A stretch of 64,000 bases of DNA from Octopus bimaculoides (lineage: Eukaryota), in NCBI RefSeq assembly GCF_001194135.2, contig NC_068998.1, positions 45,027,607 through 45,091,606 of the forward strand, read 5' to 3'. A program made the position numbers and the translations under genes. Numbering within the stretch: the stretch's first letter is position 1; each line of letters opens with the position of its first letter. Shown piece by piece: positions 1-11,469 of the stretch. The notes below the pieces were generated by a model, which did no database searches, was not told where the DNA came from, and saw nothing but the letters and a program-made list of their open reading frames with translations.

Positions 1-654
1 TTTTGTGATTTAGAAATCCAATTTGAAATTTTGCTAGTTTACTATATGGACATATAACTACTACTTATAATTGTGAATAAAAAAAATCAATAAACCAAAT
101 TAATATATTTTTTCTCAAATATATTATAAGCAGAAGCTTTCATGAATAAAAGAAATCAATTTTTCCAGGCTTTACCAATAAAGGTATTTATAGCTCCTCT
201 GTTGAATCCCAGAGTATTAATATTTGGAAGTGATTTATTAGCAAGAAAAATATGCAGATTTATATTTCACATAGAGATATCCATTCTTTCTGTCAAACTC
301 AATGAAATCTGTTTTTAATCTATTTTCCCAATAAAAGACAATCCAATTACTCTATTATAAGGCATATATTGATGCAATACTTCAACTAATAAAACAAAAT
401 GTTGATTTTAGTTTTCTAAAACGTTCTTTATAAAACTGTTCTGTTCAATCTTATTTCAGTTTATTTATTCTAGCTACAAAATGAATTAAAATTATTTCTA
501 AATGGTGATTTCTTAACACATACATGCATACACATCTTTTTTTTCCTGGTATTTGGGGCAGGATTTTAAATGCAGAACAGATTAAAAAAAAAAAATGGAA
601 AAGAAAACTCTAAAATGTTTATCCCGAAATAATAGTATTTCTTCCAGTTAGATT

Positions 655-805
655 TTGTTGTGGTTAAGCAGTTTGTAGTTTGCATTGCAGCCACTTGACT
701 CCAGGTTCAATACTACAGCATGATATTTTGGACAAGTACCTCCTACTTGAGTCAGCTAAAGCCTAATGAGGAAAATTTGGCAAACAAAAACTATGCAGAA
801 TCCTT
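655..805 (+). mobile_element. Degenerate 5' part of tRNA-derived SINE family B
   Basis: GTGGTTAAG...CCAGGTTCAAT (A/B-box-like), then decayed TTGGACAAGT...AAAGCCTAATGAG...GAAACT central domain matching the intact copies at 39903 and 57748. Confidence 0.5.
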
Positions 806-1714
806 TTCAATGTTTAAATACATAATATATGAATGTATGTGTGTATCAGCATGAGAAGGATGAACAAGATTGGTTTGCTGAAGACATCCATGGTATTTAT
901 TTCTATACATAATTATATTCCTTACCCCTCAGTAGACATTGCCTCTTGTGAGTGATATAATAAATACCAAGCAAAGTCAGAATAATCAACCAAAACTCTT
1001 GAATGCAGTGCCCAAGCAGGTCTATAGTCCAATAAGTGAAACTAAGAGAAGATTAGAAACATCTGGGGCAAGAAATGTAAGTAAGTTATATAAAAACAAA
1101 TTGATGGTGAAGTATTTGTTAGAGAAATTTGTTCAATAACAAAACTCAGTCATAATGGAAGAAATTAAAGCATTGAATTAAATATCAATGTTTGAGTAAG
1201 CATTGGTGTTTATATAATTTGTAATATTCTGTAAATTGATTGCTAATTTCAAAAATAATAGCCATTAGAATTTGCAGTATATCCTGTCCAGGATTGAGAA
1301 TTTCAATTCAATTTTTGCTATTTTACCATTTTTGAATTACAGCTTGATGAAATTGATGTTTTTCATAAAGCAAAATCATGGGTGGGAATCTGAAGTTGAA
1401 ATTTGAACCTGAATTAAAATTTAATTTATGATTCACAAATAAAAACAAATTAAATGATTCAAATTGAAATTTTATAAAATTTTATAAAATTTATTTTTTG
1501 TCATCTGGAATTTCAGTAGCATACAGGAACCCATACTTTAGTATGGCTATTAGGGTTTATGAAAACATTCTTGTTTCATTAATTTCAAATTTGTGATAGT
1601 ATAAAATATTTTGGAGATGAACGTGGATCTAACATTGACACCTTGGTCGTGTTGCTTTCCATCATGCAAATATACAAAGGAATCTTTGAAGGGATTATCA
1701 TTTTGATAATAGAC

Positions 1715-2113
1715 TCTTTTACTCTTACTTGTTTCAGTCATTTGACTGTGGTCATGCTGGAGCACCACCTTTAGTCAGGCAAATCGATCCCAGGACTTAT
1801 TCTTTGTTAGCCTAGTACTTATTCTATCGGTCACTTTTGCCGGACCGCTAAGTTACGGGGACATAAACACACCAGCATTGGTTGTCAAGCGATGTTGGGG
1901 GAACAAATACAGACACACAAACACACACACACACACATATATATACATACATATATACGACGGGCTTCTTTCAGTTTCCATCTACCGAATCCACTGACAA
2001 GGCTTTGGTTGGCCCGAAGCTATAGTAGAAGACACTTGGCCAAGGTGTCACGCATTGAACCTGGAACCATGTGGATGGTAAGCAGACTACTTACCACACA
2101 GCCACTCCTATGT
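1715..2113 (-). mobile_element. tRNA-derived SINE family B, near full length
   Basis: Reverse strand reads tRNA-like head (GGAGTGGCTGTGTGGTAAG...GGTTCCAGGTTCAAT), central domain (CCTTGGCCAAGTGTCTTCTACTATAGC...GGATTCGGTAGATGGAAACTGAAAGAAGCCC), internal TA/CA microsatellite and 3' tail (CCAGCATGACCACAGTCAAATGACTGAAACAAGTAA). At least 8 similar copies in the window. Confidence 0.92.
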
Positions 2114-2786
2114 ATCCACCAAAGGAATTTATAGATTAAAAAAGTCTCTCTGATAAAGAATTGCAAGATAGGAAATTAAATTTTGTAGAAGAAATTATAT
2201 TTCTTCATTTTGAAATGTTTTATTTTAATTTTGAAGTAGAGTGGGATGGAAAATGAAAAGTTGTACCATTCATTCTATTCCCAATAACATTAATCATAAA
2301 AATGGCATCCACAGAGAGTCCAATGGATTTTAGTTATTGAGACATGAATGTTCAGTGTTAAACACTTGCCATGGTAAGTTTGGTTAATTAGTAATAAAGA
2401 TACTTTCCTATAAAGTTAGAAATTTTCATCAGAAGTATCTTTATTAAATAATATATGTGATATATTCAATTATAAGTAGGTCAATTTTATTGCCTCTGTT
2501 TATTGTAATATGAATCATGGATAAGATGTGTGCACAATTTGTCTTTTCTTCATTTCAAAAGTCACTCATTGTTACTATTGTTGCTTATGAATAAATTCCT
2601 GACTTTATGAAATAGCAGAGCTAGCATTGTTATAGCTTCTACCTACTTCAAATCAAATATCACTTCTTCAATTTCATTATAATTCTTTTCATTATTCATG
2701 CTGTAATGTGAATTATATTTTCTATTATCACCATGACATAGATTTGCAGACTTGTATTCATCAACTTATTTATTACCTCTCATTCT

Positions 2787-2809
2787 CTGAAGAAGGGCAC
2801 TGTCCAAAA
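2787..2809 (+). ncRNA. Degenerate minimal hammerhead-like core (Penelope pLTR type)
   Basis: CTGAAGA-A-GGGCACTGTCC-AAAA: CUGANGA box and short stem II, but GAAA is mutated to AAAA. Confidence 0.3.
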
Positions 2810-3721
2810 TTTCTGAGTTCTCTTATTCTTAAAGCACATTAAATAACATTGTCCATTTTCAAACTTAACTGACACTTATTTCCTCTCCTTGTTCTCCTTG
2901 AATCTGATTGATTTTGTGGTTCCTGTGCACTATACCATTGTGATGAGGAAATTAGTTGTATGGGAAAATGTGTATTTCAGTGACACACTACCACTGACAA
3001 ATGCCAAGTTAGCATTCGTAATTCTAATAGATCATCATCATCAACACTTTCGTCTCTGGCTTAATCAACTTATGATGACAGTTTGATACACAACTCAACT
3101 CTGCAGCCAAAGATTTGTCATCTTAAGTTGATTGAGCTGAAGAGAACAATGACAACAATTATGATATACAAGCAATATGAATGTTAACTTGATGTTTATC
3201 TGTGAAAGTGTGTCATTGAAACATATTTTACCTTCCAGTTTCCACATCACAGTGGCACAGTGCACAGGAACCACAAAATTTATCTTTTATGTCCCCTAAA
3301 AGTAAGGTTAGAGGAGCATTTTTAAAGCTATGACCTGTGACAAGACAGCAGGACATCAGGCATGGCTGATCAATTTTGAAGGAAAACGAGAAGTTACCAA
3401 CCCATGTGGAACAAAGTCTAAATAATAGATAAGGAGCAACATTAGAAGATAAAACTGCCTAATGAACCAGTTTGACCATACAATTAAAGTTTGGCTTAAA
3501 AAAACCTGCCATACCTGTGGTACAGGAGAACATCCAGCATGTAATAGCTGAAGAGGGATTTACCAGTATTTTGTAAATATTCATATTAAAGTAATATAAA
3601 ATAAAATGGCTTGATCAAAGACATAGTACACTGCTTGCTCCAAGAATTGAACTCAAGACCTTAGAAATTATGAATGCAACACACTAACCATTTAGACACA
3701 TACCTTCACCTGAAGGAATTT

Positions 3722-3834
3722 GCTTTCCATGCTGGCGTAGGAAGGACAGGTCCTCGACGGAATTTGAACTCAGAACGTAACAGCAGATGAAATACTGCTA
3801 AGCATTTCGCCCGGCGTGCTAACGATTCTGCCAG
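3722..3834 (-). mobile_element. SINE family A head joined to a family C-like tail (truncated or chimeric)
   Basis: Reverse strand CTGGCAGAATCGTTAGCACGCCGGGCGAAATGCTTAGC...GAGTTCAAATTCCGTCGAGG, then CCTACGCCAGCATGGAAAGC; abuts a (GT)n tract. Confidence 0.75.
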
Positions 3835-4051
3835 TGTGTGTGTGTGTGTGTGTGTGTACATATTGGTGTATTACTAATTGATTGATGTTGAGATTTACTG
3901 ATTCACATTTTTATATCTTTGACAGTCACAAGGAAATAATTGACAGTTTTTAATATTCTTCATTATTCTCTTCCTTCTCTGAAACACTTGCAATATATTT
4001 ATTTACTCTGGGTTTCAGTACATTCACAAGTAGATGCATGTACACAGACAT

Positions 4052-4059
4052 GTATGGAT

Positions 4060-4104
<45 letters not shown>
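4052..4104. repeat. (GT)n microsatellite
   Basis: Direct observation. Confidence 0.95.
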
Positions 4105-4105
<1 letters not shown>

Positions 4106-4224
4106 ATTCATTTTTTCCTCTTGTTTTGATGTTTTTGTGCTGACTGGAAACAAACCCACCATTCATAGACATATATTCTTCTTTTTTTTATATAAACTTT
4201 AGCACAAATATGTCCAGTCGTTGA

Positions 4225-4416
4225 CATTGAGCTGTTTGTTGTTCAAAGTCTTAGAAAAAAATATTCCCTTACTTGGAAACAGGTGGGGATTGGCAACAGG
4301 AAAAGCATCCAGCCATAGAGAAAAAAAAATCTCTCCAAACAAGTTTCATCTAACCCCTACAAGCCTGCAAGTTGGACGATAAAAAGATGATTATTCCGAT
4401 GGTGTTGATAATGATG
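4225..4416 (+). mobile_element. SINE 3' half with AGGAAGGGCATCCAGC-type box (family C-related)
   Basis: GGCAACAGGAAAAGCATCCAGCCATAGA...GTTGGACGATAAAAAGATGAT matches the box and tail at 41802-41936. Confidence 0.6.
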
Positions 4417-5003
4417 CTATATATGCATATTATTAATAAAAGTATTCACCATAAGTGGGAAGTTGTTGAGGGTGAAAGGTATTGAAAGTAGTATAAGACA
4501 GACATTAATGTTAACTGAGTTTACTGGTTTCAGATAATGGTTATAATTAAAATTGTGCCAGATTTTCTCTTCTTTATTTTTATATTTTTATAGACGCACT
4601 TTTAATTTTTGCTTTCTGTTTTTTTGTTTTTTTATTATCAGTTTCCTTATTTGAATGTTTTTGCATTTCCAACCATTATGTCATATGACGCAAGCTAGAC
4701 TGGAAAAGGTGAGAGAGGTTAGGACTTATAAATAGAAATTATAACTGAATGTGTGTTACATATACATATATGTACATAAACATACACATGTCCACACAGT
4801 CAAGCATACATATTTCTGTGTTTGTATGTATATTTGTAACTACATAGATTTGTATGTGTATAAATGAATTAATTGTTAGAAATAGAAACCAATAACAAAG
4901 ATTTTAATATCATCTAGAAAAGGAGAGAGTCTGACAGTATCAAAATAAAGTAGAAGTGGGAGGTTCGAGAGAAAGAGAATAAAAGTGGTATTTGAGGGGG
5001 AAG

Positions 5004-5420
5004 AGAGAGAGAGACAGAGGGAGAGAGAGAGAGAGAGAGAGAGAGAAATAGTTTAGGCATACTAAAGAGAAAGAGACTGATTAGCCTCTCGAAAGCTGTT
5101 GAGACTTGGATTGAAATAAAATTGGTTGTGTGTGTGTGTGCATATTCATGTGTGTGTGTGTGGGCATATTTGAATGTGTGTGTTTGCAATGAGTGTGAGA
5201 GAGAGAGGGAGAAAAATAGATAGACAGATAAATAGATAGATAGAGACAGATAGAGAGAGAGAACAGAGAGAGCTTGTATGTATGTATGTACAGATTTTCA
5301 GTAGAGTGGGAGACTTTCTTTGTGTACTTGCATGCCTACAGAGAGGTGTGTGTGTCTGTGTAGTTATACTGGGGGAGAGAGAGAGAGAGAGAAAGAGAAA
5401 ATGAGATAGATACTAGAAAG

Positions 5421-5459
<39 letters not shown>
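5004..5459. repeat. Compound microsatellite block (AG)n/(GT)n/(AGAT)n/(TA)n ending at a 10-N gap (5460-5469)
   Basis: Direct observation. Confidence 0.9.
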
Positions 5460-5679
5460 NNNNNNNNNNTTAGAGTCAGGATTTGACTGCTATTTTTTTA
5501 GCGTGGTGGTATCTCTTGATACCCTGTATTATAATTTTAAATAATTATTACCTTTGATGGTTTTTATTCCCATGCTGACCACTTGATAAGATCAATATTT
5601 TAAATATCGATCTTATCCTTATTTATATAAATATGTATATATACATATATATACATATGTATATATACATATGTATATA

Positions 5680-5712
<33 letters not shown>

Positions 5713-6118
5713 GCACTTGTATGTTAAGCGAGGGAGAGAGAGAAAGAGAGAGAGAGAGTTATTCGTCTTCTCAGGGTTACAGTATCTGTCTAAATGTTTA
5801 TTGATTGTTGAATATTTGTCCTCTTTCTCAAGCAAATTTCATTATAGTGTTTTCAAGTTTTACTATACTTTATGAGCCTATCTTGTTTTCCTATCTCTTC
5901 TGTCATTCATTTCTATCCATTATTATCATCATCATCATTGTCATTTTTTTTTTTTTACCCCTTGGTACTCTACTTTCTAGTTTCTTTGTATCATTTTCTC
6001 TGATGCGTTTTACTTTCATGTTATCCTCTGTCCTGCTGTTTTTCACTTCTTTTCTTCAATTTCTTTTTCATATTTTTCAACAGCATTCTCTATTTTTCTG
6101 TCATTCTCTTGTATTCAG

Positions 6119-6252
6119 ATGATGTTAGGTTGATAACCATGGAAACAAGCAACAAGCAGTGTTGTCATCGTAGACTATGCACAAAACTACATACAGATCT
6201 CAGGAATTTCTGCATGCGAGAATATATTCATTTACATAATCTTCCAGCTTGA
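6119..6252 (+). CDS. Weak candidate terminal coding exon (xDVRLITMETSNKQCCHRRLCTKLHTDLRNFCMREYIHLHNLPA*)
   Basis: Long pyrimidine tract ending TATTCAG, then one open frame of about 43 codons; no homology recognised. Confidence 0.15.
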
Positions 6253-6914
6253 TAAAGTTGAATTGGACTACAATCCTATTCATGTTTTCAGAAAGAATAT
6301 GCCTTATTCTGTTTGTTGAAAGATGCATTTTTCTAAATAGAAAGCTGTATTGTTAATGACCTTTTGCATTGCTCTTCATTGTGTGGGAGTGCATGCATAT
6401 GTGTGTGTGTGTGTATGCACGATACATGCACACACACTTAATATTATTTGATTATTTCTTAAGATTAGAGATTAGTATTAATGCATAAATAACTACCAGA
6501 GTTGAATGTTGCTAAATATTCTACCACTAAGAGAAGTATTGGGATATTTATATTTGTATGGTGATTTATATCAACATCTTTCATCTGTCCCTGAAATGAA
6601 TTGCTTCTGAAGGGACATATCTCCCTGTAATACCACATGATAACTTCAGGTAGACCAAACATCATTAGCTAGTTAGCACCAACAGAAAGATTTAAAGTTC
6701 TTGTTATTTATTGAAGAGTGAATTTTTTTTCATTTTTTTTTTTTCTTCGCAGTAAAAGTAGATATGTTTTTATTTTCAATAATAACATTTAAATACAAAG
6801 AAACAGGAAAATTGAGAGATAAGAAAGGAGAAGAAAAAAAAGAAAAAAGGAAGTGGTAAAGCAGCAGGAGATGGATGGCGATGGGCTACAAATGTTACTG
6901 TAGAGAGGTAGAAG

Positions 6915-7385
6915 AGGAAATTGGCCTGCATCCTGCAGTCTTAGCATGAGTCGATTCCTCCAGCATGCTGCCGCTTTCAATGACATAATCAAAAGGGGCC
7001 TTGTCACTGCTGGCTACCTGTCTCAGCTTGAGCCAGCAGATCTCGATTGTGGGGATTGTAAAACCCCGATGGGGTAATCTTCTTCTAATTCGAGAAAGGC
7101 AGAGCTCTAGTCTGGGATGCGATGTATTGCGACACGTTCTCGGGCTCCAACCTTACTGCATTGACTGCAAATCTGGGTGTCACTGCCCGCAACATGGAAG
7201 AGAGAGAGAGAGCAAAATCAATTAATAGAGAGTCCTGACCAGCTGTTATCAGTTTGTGCCAATCACTGTTGAGACATCAGGTGTTCTTGGATTCCATACT
7301 ACCAATAGCTGTTCATCAGAGAAATAAGATCTGCGAGGTGGAGTAACTGCTGCAATGTCATTGGCCATTCTCTTTAGCAACACCA
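6915..7385 (+). mobile_element. Degenerate CRE-clade non-LTR retrotransposon, zinc knuckle plus restriction-like endonuclease region
   Basis: Frameshifted translation GLH..CSLSMSRFLQHAAAFNDIIKRGLVTAGYLSQLEPADLDCGDCK/PDGVIFF*FEKGRALVWDAMYCDTFSGSNL...YQFVPITVETSGVLG fits the CRE pattern H..C...R.RH..LNDI...LEP.GL.R.DGKRPDG...WD...DT...F.P.AVET.G. Confidence 0.85.
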
Positions 7386-7574
7386 TAGTGAATTAAATCA
7401 TTTTCTTGTAGACTAATAATGGTATAATTTTTACCTGTGTATATTGTTTTGGTAGTTGTAGTTATTTACATATATCTGAAAATGTACGTGCATGCAAATA
7501 TAAATAATTTTTTACGACTACAATTATAAGATTAAGATAGCAGAGAGTATAAAGACTTGCAATATTCCTCTCAA

Positions 7575-7781
7575 CTATTTGCACAATGCCTGAAGTTTTG
7601 GGGTAGTAGGGTAGTCAATTACACCAACCCCCGGTGCTCAACTGGTACTTATTTCCTCAACCCTGAAAGGATGAAAAGCAAAGTCAACCTTGGCAGAATT
7701 TGAACTCAGAACATGAAGACAGACATAATGCTAATAAGTATTTTATTCTGCATACTAGCAATTCTGCCAGTTCACTGCCCT
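7575..7781 (-). mobile_element. SINE family A copy
   Basis: Reverse strand GGCAGTGAACTGGCAGAATTGCTAG...CTGAGTTCAAATTCTGCC...AAGTACCAGTTGAGCACCGGGGG. Confidence 0.85.
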
Positions 7782-7809
7782 ATACAGACTTGTAATATTA
7801 AATATGAAA

Positions 7810-8282
7810 ATAGGGCAGTTAATTGGCAGAATTGTTAGCATGTCAAGCGGTGAGCTGGCAGAAACGTTAGCACGCTGGGCGAAGTGCTTAGCGGTATTTC
7901 GTCTGTCGCAACGTTCTGAGTTCAAATTCCGCCGAGGTCAACTTTGCCTTTCATCCTTTTGGGGTCAATAAATTAAGTACCAGTTATGCACTGGGGTCGA
8001 TGTAATTGACTTAATCCCTTTGTCTGTCTTTGTTTGTCCCCTCTATGTTTAGCCCCTTGTGGGCAATAAAGAAATAAGAATCATTAGCATGTCAGGTGAA
8101 ACACTTAGTGGCGTTTCGTCCATCTTTATGCTCTGAGTTCAAATTCCACTGAGGTTGACCTTGCCCCTCATCTTATCAGGTTAATGAAATAAATACCAGT
8201 TGAACTGAACACTGGGGTCAGCATAATTGAATTACCCTTCCCCTGAACTTGTTGGCCTTGTGCCAAAATTTGAAACCAATAC
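7810..8282 (+). mobile_element. Older SINE family A copy split by a younger insertion
   Basis: Head at 7810-7846 resumes at 8095 (GGTGAAACACTTAG...GAGTTCAAATTCC...GCCTTGTGCCAAAATTTGAAACCA). Confidence 0.8.
7847..8076 (+). mobile_element. Young SINE family A subfamily (AATAAAGAAATA tail) with an 18-bp TSD
   Basis: GCGGTGAGCTGGCAGAAACGTTAGC...GCCCCTTGTGGGCAATAAAGAAATA; flanks AGAATTGTTAGCATGTCA (7828-7845) and AGAATCATTAGCATGTCA (8077-8094). Confidence 0.9.
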
Positions 8283-8862
8283 TAAACGTCAAAATTATGA
8301 CAAAGAAAAATATATGCAAATACATTTTTAGATAAAATTTAAAGTTTATTATTATAATGTGTAAAGTGATATTAGTTTGAAATCTAATATGAAGTATTAA
8401 TGGCTTGATATTTACATTCCTAATATATATGCTATTATCACAAGAATTGTACCAAATTTCTCATTGTATTCTTCATATGTCTCTTCTTCAGATAATAACA
8501 ATAGCACAATTTTATATATGAATATAACAGCTTCCAGAGCTGTGTTATATAAAACACGTATCTCTATCTCATCGTATATTGAGAATGATAATACAATATT
8601 AGTTAGGATAACAAGAAAAAAACATTTATACAAACAAACTATATGTATGTATATATGCACTTATGCACACACACACACACACGTATATGGTTGATGGTAA
8701 AAGCAAATGAAATAAATACCAAAATGTAAAGTATATTTATTTGTTTATTTATTAACATCTGTAAAGCTACGTAAGTGACTCAAGGACCTAGACTTGCTCA
8801 TATACTTTTACAGATAAAGTGTATGTGTGTGTGTGTCCTACACCATTTCCATTTCTGCATAG

Positions 8863-8891
8863 CTATATATATATATATGTATATATATATG

Positions 8892-8948
<57 letters not shown>

Positions 8949-9476
8949 NNNNNNNNNNNNNNNNNNNNNNNNNNNNNNNNNNNNNNNNNNNNNNNNNNNN
9001 NNNNNNNNNNNNNNNNNNNNNNNNNNNNNNNNNNNNNNNNNNNNNNNNNNNNNNNNNNNNNNNNNNNNNNNNNNNNNNNNNNNNNNNNNNNNNNNNNNNN
9101 NNNNNNNNNNNNNNNNNNNNNNNNNNNNNNNNNNNNNNNNNNNNNNNNNNNNNNNNNNNNNNNNNNNNNNNNNNNNNNNNNNNNNNNNNNNNNNNNNNNN
9201 NNNNNNNNNNNNNNNNNNNNNNNNNNNNNNNNNNNNNNNNNNNNNNNNNNNNNNNNNNNNNNNNNNNNNNNNNNNNNNNNNNNNNNNNNNNNNNNNNNNN
9301 NNNNNNNNNNNNNNNNNNNNNNNNNNNNNNNNNNNNNNNNNNNNNNNNNNNNNNNNNNNNNNNNNNNNNNNNNNNNNNNNNNNNNNNNNNNNNNNNNNNN
9401 NNNNNNNNNNNNNNNNNNNNNNNNNNNNNNNNNNNNNNNNNNNNNNNNNNNNNNNNNNNNNNNNNNNNNNNNNNNN
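8863..9476. other. (TA)n tract followed by an assembly gap (N 8949-9476)
   Basis: Direct observation. Confidence 0.98.
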
Positions 9477-9765
9477 TACTTGGCTTGCCGGGTCTTCTCA
9501 CGCACAGCACATTTCCAAAGGTCTCGGTCAGTAGTCATCGCCTCGGTGAGGCCCAATGTACGAAGGTCTTGCCTCACCACCTCAGCCCAGGTCTTCCTGG
9601 GCCTACCTCTTCTACGGGTTCCCTCAACTGTTAGGGTGTGGCACTTTTTCACGCAGCTATCCTCATCCATTCTCACCACATGTCCATACCAGCGCAATCG
9701 TCTCTCTTGCACGCCACAACTGATGCTTCTAATGTTCAGCTTTTCTCTCAAGATACTTACACTCT
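9477..9765 (-). mobile_element. RTE-clade LINE, ORF2 C-terminus (relatively intact)
   Basis: LREKLNIRSISCGVQERRLRWYGHVVRMDEDSCVKKCHTLTVEGTRRRGRPRKTWAEVVRQDLRTLGLTEAMTTDRDLWKCAV is the typical RTE LRWxGHVxRM...GxRxRGRP..W...D...W end. Confidence 0.93.
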
Positions 9766-9837
9766 GACGGGTATTCACATTGACATATATATACACACAC
9801 ACACATGCATACATACATACACACACGTACACACACA

Positions 9838-9995
9838 TATCATCATTACTTTGAGCACACTTTCCATGCTGGTATGAGCTGGGTGGATCTTCAGGCTCCA
9901 AGTCACTTCTTATTAGAAGCTGCTGTTTCAGTTGACTAGTGCCCATACATATCGTCTGGTATGGCTGGATGCTCTTCCTATCACCAACCACTCCA
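9838..9995 (-). mobile_element. Family C SINE 3' part
   Basis: Reverse of AGGAAGAGCATCCAGC (9964-9979) and of the CCAGCATGGAAAG...TGATG tail. Confidence 0.6.
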
Positions 9996-10233
9996 ACCAC
10001 TATACTTGGTGTATTTAGAATATTCCTCAATGAGTCAAGATTAGAGGCTTCACAATCTTTTACTTTCTCAGCATTTTTACCAAGCACTGTATTATGCCTC
10101 CAGAGTACAATTTTCACGGCCCCAACACCGGAGAAATTCCACTCACCAATCACTATAGAGTATAACTGGCAGAGAGGAAATGGGTCCAGTGTGGTACCAA
10201 CAATGGAAAGAGATGCCTTGCAGAGAGCACTCA

Positions 10234-10235
<2 letters not shown>

Positions 10236-10268
<33 letters not shown>

Positions 10269-10273
10269 GTATG

Positions 10274-10310
<37 letters not shown>

Positions 10311-10590
10311 CTCTCTCTCTCTATATATATATCNNNNNNNNNNNNNNNNNNNNNNNNNNNNNNNNNNNNNNNNNNNNNNNNNNNNNNNNNNNNNNNNNNN
10401 NNNNNNNNNNNNNNNNNNNNNNNNNNNNNNNNNNNNNNNNNNNNNNNNNNNNNNNNNNNNNNNNNNNNNNNNNNNNNNNNNNNNNNNNNNNNNNNNNNNN
10501 NNNNNNNNNNNNNNNNNNNNNNNNNNNNNNNNNNNNNNNNNNNNNNNNNNNNNNNNNNNNNNNNNNNNNNNNNNNNNNNNNNNNTGTATG

Positions 10591-10676
<86 letters not shown>

Positions 10677-10791
10677 AATCTCTCTCTCTCTATATATATA
10701 TCCATATATATATATATATATCTATATATATGTAAATATATAAAAACAAAAGGATATCGATTTATATATATAAATATATTTATATATGGAT

Positions 10792-10822
<31 letters not shown>
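10236..10822. repeat. Compound (TA)n-AATC-(TC)n tandem array spanning gap N 10334-10584
   Basis: Near-identical units on both sides of the gap. Confidence 0.9.
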
Positions 10823-11469
10823 TAATAGAATAAATCTCTTATAAATCAACTCCCCATAGTATATAAAATTGCTTATTTAAATTACTGTTTGACACAGAAA
10901 GTACATTTTTGGCTGCCAAAAAGCATACTTACCAGCTAAAAAATTTCAAGTCATTTCCAACTTATCTGCATAGTCATGCACAGAGGTACACACACGTACA
11001 TAAATACATACACACCTCCATAGACACGTTTATATATTCTTTTCTGCAAAACTTCTTCCAATTAAATTATTGCCTTCTGATACGATGTAAAACTCTGAGA
11101 GATAGATGTGAAAGATAATTGGGTTTTTTTTTTTTTCTTCTTGTTGATGCTTATATTATTCTAACATCACCATTCTATTAATGCCCTTCAGGAGTTATGA
11201 AGTACATTTCTATTTCTGCATGCTTCTTAAAGAAAATGTGGCTGCAGTGTATCCAGTACCCTACTACTGTCATTTGCTTCTTACAGCCTTATATATCTGC
11301 TACTGGATGATTAAGAAAATTAGTGTGTGTTAATTAAAATTGCTGAATCATCCTACATATACTCACATCCATATTCCTTTATTCTTGTATGCATTTCAGC
11401 CCAACTGCTATGGCCATACTGGAGCACCACCAGTATATATGTGCACTTTATTAAGCAGATATATATATG

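Noticed and set aside
3495-3555. CHTCGTG/ENIQHVIA, like the zinc knuckle of R4/NeSL elements
   Set aside because: Too short, needs a frameshift, and has no supporting flanking motifs.
8775-10849. Long ORFs of 683, 330, 271, 228, 215 and 209 aa
   Set aside because: They stay open only because they cross N gaps and TA/GT microsatellites; the one real protein signal is the RTE C-terminus at 9477-9765.
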